The notes below the pieces were generated by a model, which saw nothing but the letters and a program-made list of their open reading frames with translations, was not told where the DNA came from and searched no databases. 64,000 nt of DNA from Aplysia californica (lineage: Eukaryota), in NCBI RefSeq assembly GCF_000002075.1, contig NW_004797652.1:634024-698023 (forward strand), given 5' to 3'. A program made the position numbers and the translations under genes. Every line of letters starts with the position of its first letter. Positions within the stretch are counted from its first letter, which is position 1. Of this stretch, positions 21,108-32,869 are shown piece after piece.

Positions 21108-23763
21108 CACCTGTGACAAAGTCATGACCTACTTTGACCCCAATCTCCTCACTGAGATCACCGTTGATGCAAGTCCATTTGGACTTGGCTGCATTCTCTC
21201 ACAGCGTGACAACAACAACGTTCACATAGTGGCATACGCAAGTCGTGCTTTGACTGATGTCGAGTCACGATACTCTCAAACCGAGCGAGAAGCTCTTGCC
21301 GTCGTCTGGGCGTGTGAACATTTCAACCTGTACTTACTTGGTCAACACTTCACAGTAATCTCTGACCACAAACCCCTTGAAGGAATCTTCAACAGCACAA
21401 CATCCAGAACCTCAGCAAGAATTGAACGATGGAATCTCAGACTCCAACCTTACGACTTCACCCTACGCTACCAGCCAGGAGAGAATAATCCAGATGACTT
21501 CCTCAGCAGACACCCTTTTGAGAAAAACAACATGACCTCCTTTCATATGGCTAAAATCGCAGACGACTATGTCAACTTCATGGCCGGTCATTCAGTCCCT
21601 AAAGCCATGACTCTGGAAGAAATTGCCAGCGCATCAGAAAGCGATCCAACACTCCAAGCAGTCATCACATCTGTTCAAACAGATCATTGGCACACGCTGC
21701 CTGAAATCACTGTAGATGCTGCCAGTTACCAAGTCTTCAAAACTGTTCGTGAAGAACTCTCTGTTCACAAAGACGGAACAATTTTACTGCGTGGCACACA
21801 AATCGTTATCCCTAGATCATTGCAACAGCATGTCATCAACATTGCTCATGAAGGACATCAAGGCATCGTTAAGACTAAACAACTCCTGCGTGAAAAAGTT
21901 TGGTTTCCCCACATTGATCGTCAAGTGGAGAACACCGTCAAATCATGTCTAGCATGCCTGTCAACAATTCCAGAACACCATTCTGAACCACAAAGAATGA
22001 CTCCTTTGCCAACGAAACCTTGGTCTGAAGTTAGTATCGACTTCTGTGGACCATTCCCTTCTGGTGACTATCTACTTGTTGTCATAGATGACTACTCACG
22101 TTTCCCAGAAGTAGAAATCCTGTCCTCTACCAGTGCAAGAGCCACGATCCCAAAACTTGACTCCATCTTCGCTCGTCATGGTGTCCCACACACCGTCAAG
22201 TCTGACAATGGTCCACCCTTCTCCAGCTACGAATTCAAACAGTTTGCTTCGCAGCTAGGATGTAAACACCGCAGAATAACTCCTCTCTGGCCCCAAGCCA
22301 ATGGTGGTGTTGAAAGATGCATGCGAATGCTCAAGAAAACAGTGCAGTCTGCACACATTGAAGGCAAGCCTTGGAAACAAGAACTATATCACTTTTTGAG
22401 GAATTACCGAGCTACCCCCCACATCAGCACTGGTGTGAGCCCAGCAGAAGCTCTGTTCAAACGGAACATCAGAGTGAAACTACCTCAGATAGATTCACTC
22501 ATGATACCACCAACGACTGACAATGACATTCATCAACATGACACCAACAAAAAGGGAGCAGCAAAACGGTACGCTGACGATCGTCGACATGCCCAAAATT
22601 CCGACATACAAGTAGGAGACACTGTCCTCGCTCGTCAACCCTACAAAAACAAACTGTCATCGTTCTATGACCATGATCCGTACCAAGTAACCTCAAAGAA
22701 AGGTCCAATGGTCACCGCCAGTCGCAATGGCAAAAACATGACTAGAAACACTTCATTCTTCAAAAGAGTGCCTGATACTCTGAAATCGTCCAACCCAACA
22801 AACTCAACAGAGGAAGAAGAGGAGGATGAGGACAATAAAGCTTCGAATGAAACAGCAGACAGTCAAAACCCAACTACTACCAATGAACCAATCGCTACTG
22901 AACGTCCCCAACGCCACCGTAAGCGTCCTGGATACCTAAACGACTATGTGACTAACTCTACTCCGGTACTGATTAGCTGAAAATGAAGGACATTTCGGAC
23001 CAAATGAACATTCGTCAAGCTGAAATTGAAACATGAACATTGTAATCGTGCCCAACAAATTTTCTACTCATTAACTCTGTGTATTCTGTTTTGTCTTGTG
23101 TCCAGTGTACTCTGATTCTTTGCACAGTTTCGTATCTGTAGTGTAAGCAGAGAAATCTTGGTGCATATTATGTATCCGTTCCACGTTCACTCTATTAATT
23201 TATTTACTTCTAATTTCAGACTAGCCGTCTAGATTGTTTTTTTGTTGTCAATCTCATCGTAAGTAAAATAATCAAGAACTATCACCTAAGTTAGCATAAG
23301 ATCAAGAGCTCGCTGAAATTCGTTATCGTGATGTTCCTTTATTATTTTTCATCACATGTACATCTACCTCTTGTTAAAGTTAAAACTAATATTTTTTTTT
23401 TTTTTTAAAAAGCAACAACAACAAACCCGCTCTATGTCCATCGACTAACAAACATTTTATTTTGCCTCTTTGATGTCCATCCCCTTCAATCAACTACTAA
23501 ATAAATAGCTAAAGAAGTTGCTGTACATCAGTTCTTCCACACTAAGGAAAAAAGATGATTTTAAATGAAGTAACCATTCAAGGCTAGGAGGGATGTAGTG
23601 TCCTAAATACGGTTATCACACCAAGTACGGTATTAGTATTTCAAGTCGGTGTTACCCGCCTGTGTGTTATGCAATGTAGGTCAATTAAACAAAGAAAGTC
23701 TCAGAACACCCGTTCATGGATTTTGCATGTGTTTTTCTTATTGTGCTAGCCTTCAACATAACA
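21108..23763 (+). mobile_element. Second Mag-clade copy, 3' half (RNase H-integrase, 3' UTR, 3' LTR 23594-23763)
   Basis: Highly similar to 16059-18656; 5' part lost in the gap; its 3' flank (GTTGT) differs from that of copy 1 (TCATT). Confidence 0.93.
21124..22980 (+). CDS. pol: Pol RNase H plus integrase (partial; start is gap-truncated)
   Basis: Near-identical to the C-terminal ~620 aa of the ORF at 14284-17931. Confidence 0.9.
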   Translation: MTYFDPNLLTEITVDASPFGLGCILSQRDNNNVHIVAYASRALTDVESRYSQTEREALAVVWACEHFNLYLLGQHFTVISDHKPLEGIFNSTTSRTSARIERWNLRLQPYDFTLRYQPGENNPDDFLSRHPFEKNNMTSFHMAKIADDYVNFMAGHSVPKAMTLEEIASASESDPTLQAVITSVQTDHWHTLPEITVDAASYQVFKTVREELSVHKDGTILLRGTQIVIPRSLQQHVINIAHEGHQGIVKTKQLLREKVWFPHIDRQVENTVKSCLACLSTIPEHHSEPQRMTPLPTKPWSEVSIDFCGPFPSGDYLLVVIDDYSRFPEVEILSSTSARATIPKLDSIFARHGVPHTVKSDNGPPFSSYEFKQFASQLGCKHRRITPLWPQANGGVERCMRMLKKTVQSAHIEGKPWKQELYHFLRNYRATPHISTGVSPAEALFKRNIRVKLPQIDSLMIPPTTDNDIHQHDTNKKGAAKRYADDRRHAQNSDIQVGDTVLARQPYKNKLSSFYDHDPYQVTSKKGPMVTASRNGKNMTRNTSFFKRVPDTLKSSNPTNSTEEEEEDEDNKASNETADSQNPTTTNEPIATERPQRHRKRPGYLNDYVTNSTPVLIS

Positions 23764-24539
23764 GTTGTACCGATCGGTAATTAGGGCGGAACACTTTATA
23801 ACATATTTCAATTTTAAAATTAAGTTGCCTGTAAGGAAGAGGAAAAAGTGTCATATACAAAATTACATTAATTTTGTTCATTTTATGCGAACATAGCTAT
23901 GATTGTTTCTTGAACTGACAGTTCCTAGTTATGGTTAGTGACTGTGGTACTTTCAAAATGCTGAATTACCACCTGCGATTCTTGGATACTATGTTAAAAG
24001 ATCATAAACTGGAGTCAGAGATTGTTGAGAGTGAGGTTCTTTGAGAATCGTTGGATTACATTTAGTATTGCTTTGCAGATTTTAGAGGTTTTAATAACCC
24101 AGCACTTTTGCATTGTGTTTAGTGGGTTTATTGGTTGTTTCAGTAGTGTGAACTATAAATTTAAGGTACTGAGAATTTTGTTTTTCTGTTTTAGACTCTC
24201 AAAATTCAAAAAGTTTGCTTGAAAAACTTTGCATATTGGCAGAAAAGGATCATAATTTAAAAATTATTCATGCTTTCATAAAACGGTATTATTTTCTTTC
24301 TTAAATGAACAATTGGGATAGCCTGTTTTGTTAAACGCCATAAATTGGATATGAAAGTAAGGGTATGAGGCTTTTGCTAATGTGATCCATCCCATCAGAA
24401 ACTTTGCAGTTACTCCATATTCCCAGATTAGATACTCTACATAAAACTAATTTTGTATAGTTTACAATATATTTGTTGTCATCTGGTATTTAAAGAATGA
24501 ACTGAATCTTTCTTCTCTCTTGGGTTTTCTTCCTTGTAG

Positions 24540-24650
24540 GAAAAGTTGGGTAAAAAAATTGATGAAGGCCAGTATGTGACAGATGCTCGAATTGCCAAGT
24601 TGGAGGAAGCTCTGCTGGAATCACGGAATCACATGAATGATGTTCATTTG
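24540..24650 (+). CDS. FAM81: FAM81 homolog, penultimate coding exon (EKLGKKIDEG...MNDVHL)
   Basis: Pyrimidine tract plus TAG acceptor, GTAAGA donor, 111 nt open, phase 0 into the terminal exon; coiled-coil-like. Confidence 0.75.
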
Positions 24651-25699
24651 GTAAGATTTTACACTAAATAATGTTTTTTCTCTTGACTGTATGTTAATAA
24701 TGTTATACAAGGGGGCTTTTCAGAGATAAGGAGAAAGTGGGATTCCCTGAACATTAAACTTCACTATCTTATTTTAACAAATGCAATATTTTTTTAATGT
24801 TTGTTGTCTGCCCATGCTGTGCTCAAAGAAAGCTCCCCTTGTAATATATGTTTACAGTGATTTATTTCAAATTTCAGGGAACTTATTGTCTTGTCAATGT
24901 ATCATTTTTAATCCATGTTTACTGTTTTTTCCAAATTTGAATAACTGATTTCTCAATATAATATAGATATAGATATAGTGCCTGCCAATCGAATTATCAT
25001 TATTTTTAGGCCTACTCTTAAATAGTTGTATAAATACTTATAACAAACTCTTTTGGACCACATCCTCTGATCCCTGCAACCAATGTGTATATTTTTCTTT
25101 TTATGACCCCTTGCACCTGTTTTAAGCCAAAGATAAATCTCGTAAGTTGTAACTTGGAAAACTTCTAGACCAAGAAACCAGTTCGAGAAATCTGTGATTT
25201 TGAGTGTTTGAGTTGGCTTTCTTTGTTGTATGTGTTTCTGTGCCCGTGTTTAATCTGATGTATGTTTTGATGTGCAATATCATAATATATAATTTGCTTT
25301 CCAAAATAATGAATGAACTTACACACATTTTTATAGCAAAGAATAGTCTGATTCTGTCCTGGAAATGGAGAAGTTAGTGTATTGTTTCGTGGGTTTTTTT
25401 GCGAGTGTTTTAATTTGGGTATTTTAGTATCTGCTTCACAACCTAGATAAGCTGCTCACATATTGCTATAAATGAAAATTCTGTTAAACTTCCATTTAAA
25501 CTGTTCCATTTAAAAAAGAACTGTGTCCCAAATTGGCTTTTGTATAAAAAAGCATGCCATGCAACGTCCCCTCTTTTTACTCCAGCCAAATTTACTAGAA
25601 ACACTTCCCTAACTGTACTAAAATTTATGGTAAACCCACTTGCCAAAGTATTCATGATGTTGTTGAGCAAACCTATTCATTTCCTTTTTTTTTCTGCAG

Positions 25700-25915
25700 T
25701 CATTGGAGACCAAGCTTCTCACGAAAATAGACAAAACTGTACACAAACATTCTGAGGAGATTGCCAGGCTGAAGAGAGAATGTCGTGAGGGATTTGCCAC
25801 TGTGCATGAAAGCATCAGCAATATGAAAACTGTCATGGAAGGCAAGAGGAAATTGTTGGAAGACCAGCTGAGGAAAGAAATTGGACAGTTACGCAAAATG
25901 GTTGTTTTGGTTTAG
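25700..25915 (+). CDS. FAM81: FAM81A/B homolog, terminal coding exon
   Basis: Acceptor TTTTTCTGCAG; GFATVHESISNMKTVMEGKRKLLEDQLRKEI resembles the vertebrate FAM81 C-terminus ([31 protein letters not shown], recalled); TAG stop. Confidence 0.8.
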   Translation, partial: SLETKLLTKIDKTVHKHSEEIARLKRECREGFATVHESISNMKTVMEGKRKLLEDQLRKEIGQLRKMVVLV

Positions 25916-26789
25916 AAGAGACCAAATGTGTTGGACGTGTACGTTAAGTCAAAATTCCAGTATTAGATAGCCCTTTACGGAATTAAACTCTTTTTGTACA
26001 CAACTTTACACTTACAATCAAGCTTTTGTTTTCTGATAACACAACACAAATTTACTCAATTTTTTATCAATGTGAATAGATCGCATTCTTCAGAATCTAA
26101 CTTTCAAAATGTGCATTTGCACTTTCATACGCAAAGGTAAAGATAAGGATAGATATGAAACCTCAGGTCATACTATTTGTTTTCTTCCTAAAAAAAACAG
26201 ATTCATTTCTATATAATATATGGTTAAAAACTATATCGAGAAGTATTATTCTGTGTTTCAAATGTCACAATTTTGAAGAACTGTGTACTCTTTTTGTATC
26301 TCTGTATAGCGTAATTTGTGTAGTAAAAAAGATGCTAAGTTATTCTCGGAAATTTTTATAGAAACCTATTATAATATCGGCGACTCTTCTTCACAGCTCT
26401 CTAGCTTGATAACAAGGTATCTTTTCATACAAATATTCAAGACAATTTTTTATTTGTTAAGTTTTTTCTGGATTTGACAATAAAAATGGCAACAATCCAC
26501 AAAAACTGGCATTGCATCTTGTGGGTGTAGAAATTAAACTTGATTCAGCAGCAATGTAAATGAACACTAAGAATTCAGGTTTAATTTCTACTTATGTAAG
26601 TGCAGATAAGAATTCTGAAGAGTAGCTCAGTGTCTTCAGTTTGAGGAGATATGTAAAGCTTTTACTGCAGCATTTTCTCCTACATACTTCTCACACACTC
26701 ACATACACCCCCCCCCCCTCCCAATCAATATAATTTAGAGTGTTTAAGGGACAGGCCTCTATAACACTACTTATCTAGGTCAACAACAG

Positions 26790-26910
26790 ATGTGGGATAT
26801 ATCCCAGCAGGAAGACACTAATATGCAGTCAAATTTCTTCCCCGAATGGGAATCAAACTCCCATCCCCTGCATGCAAAACGGAAAGGCGACCCATTACAC
26901 TGTGGATGCC
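26790..26910 (-). mobile_element. Degenerate tRNA-derived SINE head
   Basis: The reverse strand has A-box-like CAGTGTAATGG and B-box-like GAGTTTGATTCCC. Confidence 0.45.
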
Positions 26911-28410
26911 TGTAATAGAAACTTGTATGAGTTTGCTAAACCTAGAAAGGTCCCTTTATGAGGGACAAGAGAGCAAGGAACAGTAGTCAATAAGGTATTA
27001 TTAAGTAAGCTTTCTGCTTGGGATCTTTTTTTTTTTTTTTAAACAATAGGCCTATGTTTGGATTTCATATATGCATTATCCCTTTATGATATATATATTA
27101 TATTATATTTACATCACACTTGTTATTGAATACTGCACGAAAGTATTAAATGTCACTTCACCATAAGTGCCTGATTTTCCACTGTCCAACACAATACGAA
27201 TTGTTGTTATTTTTGCTTGCAGTTATATCTTCTTCATATTTGTGCAGAGGTATTGAAATTGAGGGTTTTTTTGCGTTAAGATCTGAAGACATAATATGGC
27301 CATACTTTTGTAAAGTCATGACTTTATGATAGGGATGTTGGTGATGCTTCCAGTGTTGAGGCTTGATAAAGAGGTCTTCCCCATCAGACAGGATAAAATA
27401 CTTTTCAATTTGTTGTCTTGGCTTTGTTCTTGGCGCAATGGCAAAACAGAACATAAACTTCACATGCTTTTAAAAACACCACTATTGTTACTTTTGATTA
27501 AAGATGGCATTGTCGTTTGGTTCAATCTTTCTCACTTTTGAATCAGTGCTCTTAAATGATTCTTGATATGGCTTGGTAGAGCTTGTGTTTGTGTAAATTT
27601 AAAGGCAAGATTGAAAACGGGCTAAACAAACACGTATGTGAGGCAGTGGAGTGAAATCAGGTGTTTGTTGAAAAAATGAAATTGAAGAAACAAGGATTTT
27701 TCTGCCTGATTGGTTTAATTGGCTCAAGACCTTTTATGTTCGTTTAAGAACACAACTCTATTTTGACTTTACTAACAAATGTCAATTAAAGTGCATAACA
27801 AATGTAAATTTTTCAGTTTCCGCAGACTCTCAAACTATGAAATCAACCAAACTATGGTGGCCATTCTGTCATTAATTTTACCTCTGAAACTATTCTACCC
27901 CCACCTCTTTCAATCGCATATATCTCGACTTTTATTCAAGATAAATAGGTATTTTTTTCATTGAAGCAAGACAAAGGAACAAACTTTAAGATGATACAAA
28001 AAAGTCAACGCACCTTAAAATTGACAAACGTCTGAATCCACCGCGTTAGGGCGCATATTTTTACTAAACTTTTTTAAAATGTCAAAATAATGATAGTGGA
28101 CAAGTTCTGGTTAAACTAAATATGACCTCATATTTGGTAAGAGTTCAAAGAACATCAATATATTCCTCTACATGCAATGAAATAAAAAGTGAATAATGGA
28201 TTGACTCCTTTCAAGTAAGAAATGGTAAGACATTTATTTTGTGTTGCTCTATTCTGAGGCATCTCACACAAAAAACATCACTGGGATAAAATTTTCAGGT
28301 TGAAGGGTGTTTGTTCTTTTTTCCAATTCATCGGTTGCCATTTATTGAAAAATCAACATGTTAAGCAATTATGTTTTTGGTTTTTTTACTCGTACTCACA
28401 AAAGTTGGAA

Positions 28411-28456
28411 TGCAGTTGTGAGCGCCGTAAAACCTCTTCTAAAACAAAACAAACAA
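28411..28456 (+). mobile_element. Isolated I/Nimb-type 3' tail
   Basis: TGCAGTTGTGAGCGCCGTAAAACCTCTTCTAAAACAAAAC. Confidence 0.6.
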
Positions 28457-29324
28457 AAGTTGGAAAGTGACTTTTTAAAAGGATTTTTTTCAAATTCAAT
28501 TAACCTGTTGTTGTACCAAAAAATCCTCAGAGTCAGAGGGTTTGTGTAACTAAGCTCTTTTTACACCGCCTCCATAGTTCCCATATCCCCCTAAATGTTG
28601 CAGAGTTGGGACGAGGAGTCAAGCTAGCCTCTCAGATGATTGTATTGTGAGGAAAAGAGTGGTTGAGGTACATGTTTTTTGATGAAACGCTGTCTGAGGT
28701 GAAAGGGAGGTAGGATTGTGACTTGGATTTTGATTGTCTGGTCCTCAGAGCTCATATTGAATCACTCTAAAATCCTGGTTTTGTAACAATGTAGGCCTAT
28801 TTCAGAGAGTTTCTAATTTTTCTGAACAAGTGTGTATTTAAATCATTTTTTCTAGTCTACATATCAATAGATGTCACACCGAGTAACATTTATACAAATA
28901 TATATTTCCATTGTATATAGCCTAACTTGTACAGTCAATTTCTATTGTTAAATTCTTCATTTATTTGTAAGTTAATTTTGTTTACCGTTATCTGGTATGT
29001 ATGTGCCAGATCATGAAACGGGTGATTAAATGAAGGTCAATCAAGAAGGGTGAGAATTTAATGACAAAGAAGATTCAAGCAGGACAATAGATAGATTCAG
29101 TTCTCTGTTTATCACTTCAATGCTTGTTTGCTGTGCCTGAGTATTTGTGGTCATCTTAATATCTGCGATCATATCAGTATCATTGCTAAGTACCTAGGAT
29201 TGAAATGTGAAATGAATTGTTTGGATGGAAGTCTATGTATTTTGGGATTTCTCTGGTCAATATATTTTACTCAACCAAAGCTGTTGTCCAAATGCAGTAT
29301 TGAGTATTCTATTCAGAGCTGTCC

Positions 29325-29692
29325 TCATGAAAGCGTAATGTTGGTGCACCAAAAAAGTGCTTCAAAGACACCATGAAAATGTCTCTGAAGGATTTCAACA
29401 TTAATCCTATGATATGGAAGAGCCTTGCTCCTGACAGACCACTTGGAGAGTTGCAGTCACAGTGTGTGTAAGAAGGAAGCCTGAGAAGCTGCACATATCA
29501 ACAAGTGGAAATGAAGCTTTATAAATGCTCAAAATGAGGGGAGCTTTTCTCTGTCAGAATTAATCAAATTTGACATAGCAAAAGCCTCAAGTCCTCTCTT
29601 AACCCTTATTTCTTCTTATTTGCTTTCTCCTTTGCAGGTGCATTGGTCATTGTTAGACATTGCTGGACGAACTATTATCATCATTATTATAT
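29325..29692 (+). mobile_element. Degenerate RTE-BovB-like remnant
   Basis: GAPKKCFKDTMKMSLKDFNINP..WKSLAPDRP, and an RTE-type tail GGTCATTG..GGACGAACTATTAT. Confidence 0.6.
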
Positions 29693-29755
29693 TTTGTTTG
29701 ACCACATCCTCGATCTGTGAATTAGATCTAGAGAGTTGGCCAGAAGACAAAGTAC
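29631..29755 (+). repeat. 125-bp segment duplicated at 31811-31938
   Basis: Near-identical copies with unrelated flanks. Confidence 0.9.
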
Positions 29756-32318
29756 AGTGGGAGGATGTTACCCTTACACAAGAGAATCTGTTGTCTACAT
29801 GTGATATCCCACCTATAATATGGGAGAAATGCACCTCTAATGTCAAGGCAGTATAGTAGACTATTATATCCCCCTGCCTTCTTGGGGCTTTGTACCTGTG
29901 ATCATGTCTTTTGGAATTTGTGTACACTTGTAGGTCTGTATTGTATAAATGTTTTTCCATTTTCATCCCCCCCCCCCTCAATCTCATTTCATTTTGTATT
30001 TCCTCATTTATTGTCAGAGTTTATATTTTGCTTTCTTTTTTGTTAGTTGTTTTCAACTCAGTGTTACATGAAGTGATGATTTCACTACACATTCATATCT
30101 GTCATGAACATCTGTCTCCAGTGACTCAGGGTAGGAAAGATATGATCCTCTTCTTGTTTCTGTTTCGGACTTCTCTTGGCCAGGCAGAAGCTAATTCTCC
30201 CCTCCTCACTTGAATGTTGGCAACTCCAGTGTGCAAAGATTTTTTTTTATCTTTGTGGTTTACATTACTCCTGATAGCTGATAAATATTTTTAAATGCAC
30301 ATTTTATGTTTTGTTTTAATTGAATTAAGAAGTAGCCATAGCTGTTTTCTTTAATGTCCTACTCAGTACATTTAGAAGCTTTTTCATTTATTTATTTTTA
30401 TTGCACATTCTGTCTCTTGGTTTTTTTAAAACACATTTACATCATGTCCAGTGTACAAATGTAACACTTTGTCCTAATTCGAACCTTTTTTAATCGGTAA
30501 GCTCTTGATAATGAAAAGTGGTGTAGTCTACATCACTGTCTCTTACATTTTAAGCCAATCATGAAAAGATTTATTTTCCTGGAAGTAGCAGTATCCAGTC
30601 TTTTCAAGCAAAGCCGTGAGAAATGCATCTTGAAGGAATACTTTCTTGTGCCTGCCAGCAGGTACTTGATTTATGTTTTGATCTCTCACTGATTTTGTAT
30701 TTTCATTGGAAGTGATTACATATTCAGTAACAATATTTTAGTTTAAATATAATACAATTTTCACGAACTATTTAACTCATCATAAATTTGGATTTTTGTG
30801 AGGTTGACCGAATGAAATCATATTGTAATAAACAGTACTTTCAAAATGTTGTTTTTTCACTTGCATTGTCATGCCTTGTATATAAAACTGAATCAAGCTC
30901 TGAAAGTATACATAGTCGTCCTGGATTTAAATGACCGAAGACGAGGTTTTTATTTCATGTTTAGATTATAGTATTTGTAATTGTAGTCTCAAAATGATTT
31001 GTGTATATGTGTAGAGCAATGAACGTTCTTGCATGGCCACTTGTGAAGGGGACAAACACTTATATTTATAGCTGTTCTGTAATCACAAAATGTTTCTTCT
31101 ACATATTGATCTTTTTCTTCCAAATTGCTGTGTTAAAACAACAGCTGTAATGTTTTTATTGCGTCACTCAACTTCACAAACTCAGAATGACATTTAAACT
31201 GCTGCTTCACTCTAACTGTTGAACGTTCACGTGTCTTCCCCCCATGTGTACAGCATTCACACGAACCGACATATATATGTATACAGTGTCACTTCAGTAT
31301 TAAATACAAAAATCTTTAAGGACAAAAGTGATATATAGACAAGGGGCATTCAAACTGAATTTTACTATACAAATGAAAAGACTTGCTCTATTTTTCACTT
31401 TCCCTGCTTGTTGTGAGCATATTTACAACTGTGTGTCACATTTTCAACAAACTAGCTTTTTGTGAGTAGTTCATTTTTTAAGTTTCAACCAAATGTGAAA
31501 CGTTCTGAATTCCACATTTCCTTGACTGGATAAAAGGAATCATCGTGTGAAGCTTACCACCAAGAAGCATTAAGCTGTACATGCTCTGAGACAGTGTGTT
31601 TTTCCGAAGTGGTTATGTAAACGGAAACAACAGATCAGAGAACTTTTGATATGATTCTCTGATATCTTAGATACTAAGGTTTGAGAAAGCTATGCACTAT
31701 TATGTTCTTGTCCGTATGTTTGTTTCAAATAAATCTAGTTGATGAATTCAGAAATTTGTTTTGTTATCTCTACCAAACTTATCTTACTACTTTGCATCTT
31801 CATTCAAACATTTGCAGGTGCATTGGTCATTGTTAGACATTGTTGGACGAACTATTATCATTATTATTATTATATTTTGTTTGACCACATCCTCGATCTG
31901 TGAATTAGATCTAGAGAGTTGGCCAGAAGACAAAGTACGTCATGAAACTAAAGTAACAAATAGTGAAAAATAACCTTTATCTGCTACCAAGACATAAGCA
32001 TAGGTCATATATTATATATATGCACACTCCTAATTGTGACCGCTCTGTCTGACTGAGTCGCTGACATTTTCATTCAATTAAATCGAAATGTTAAAGCAAA
32101 TATCATGCACAACCATGAATGATGAAAGAAAAACAAAGAAAAACTGAAGAAGTGGTAGGCTACATCTGTTTAGTTTTGTCTGGATCAATGAGAAATACAT
32201 TGACATAATCTTGATCATATAGCAGTGGGGAAACATCTAGAAGACGCTCTGAATTGACAGAAAAAAAGTATCTTCCCCTGGAACCAGCAGGGCTCTCCGT
32301 TTTGTGCGAAATGGCACA

Positions 32319-32869
32319 AGGGGCTCTTGTGGCCTAGAGGTTAAGATGTTTGCCTCTCATTCAAAGGTTCCGGGTTCGAATCAGGGTAGCGACCGAAAAA
32401 TTTTCTGCTCTAAAAAATTGTCTCCTTTCCCTTCCTTTCCTGCTTGCTCGCAATATTGAATATTCTGTAGTCTGCTTTCGTCTCCACTTTCTGCCCCCAC
32501 CCCCTCATCTCCTTTGCCCCCTCCTCTGGGCTCCTGAATCTTTCTGCAGCCTTTCTACAGCTACTCGATCCTTGGCTCCTTCTTACTGATGTCTTTCTGC
32601 CACACCCCTGATCTTCCCGTAGGAAAGATTTACACCTAGTCTGCTCGGACAAGGGCGAAAAATCTCTGAGGTCCTGTGTGCAAGTTGCGCACGTTAAAGA
32701 TCCCTTGGTGAACTAAAATCGATATATAAGAGTAGGTTTTGGCCGCCTCCCGGGCAAAATTCAAAATTACCTATACCAACTGAAAATGTTTGGTGTGTCC
32801 CGCGCGCTCATATGAACTTATGCAGTTGCGAGCGCCGTAAAACACTTACCAAAAAAAAAAAAAAAGAAA
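32319..32869 (+). mobile_element. Full-length tRNA-headed Deu-domain SINE with I/Nimb LINE tail
   Basis: A box TGGCCTAGAGG, B box GGTTCGAATC; Deu-like GAGGTCC..TTAAAGATCCC..TAAGAGTAGG..GGCAAAATTC; tail plus poly-A; 11-bp TSD GAAATGGCACA (32308-32318, 32870-32880). Confidence 0.9.

Noticed and set aside
32319-32395. tRNA gene (also 35210-35285, 4560-4640)
   Set aside because: Poor cloverleaf and continuous with the repeat body; these are SINE-type heads.
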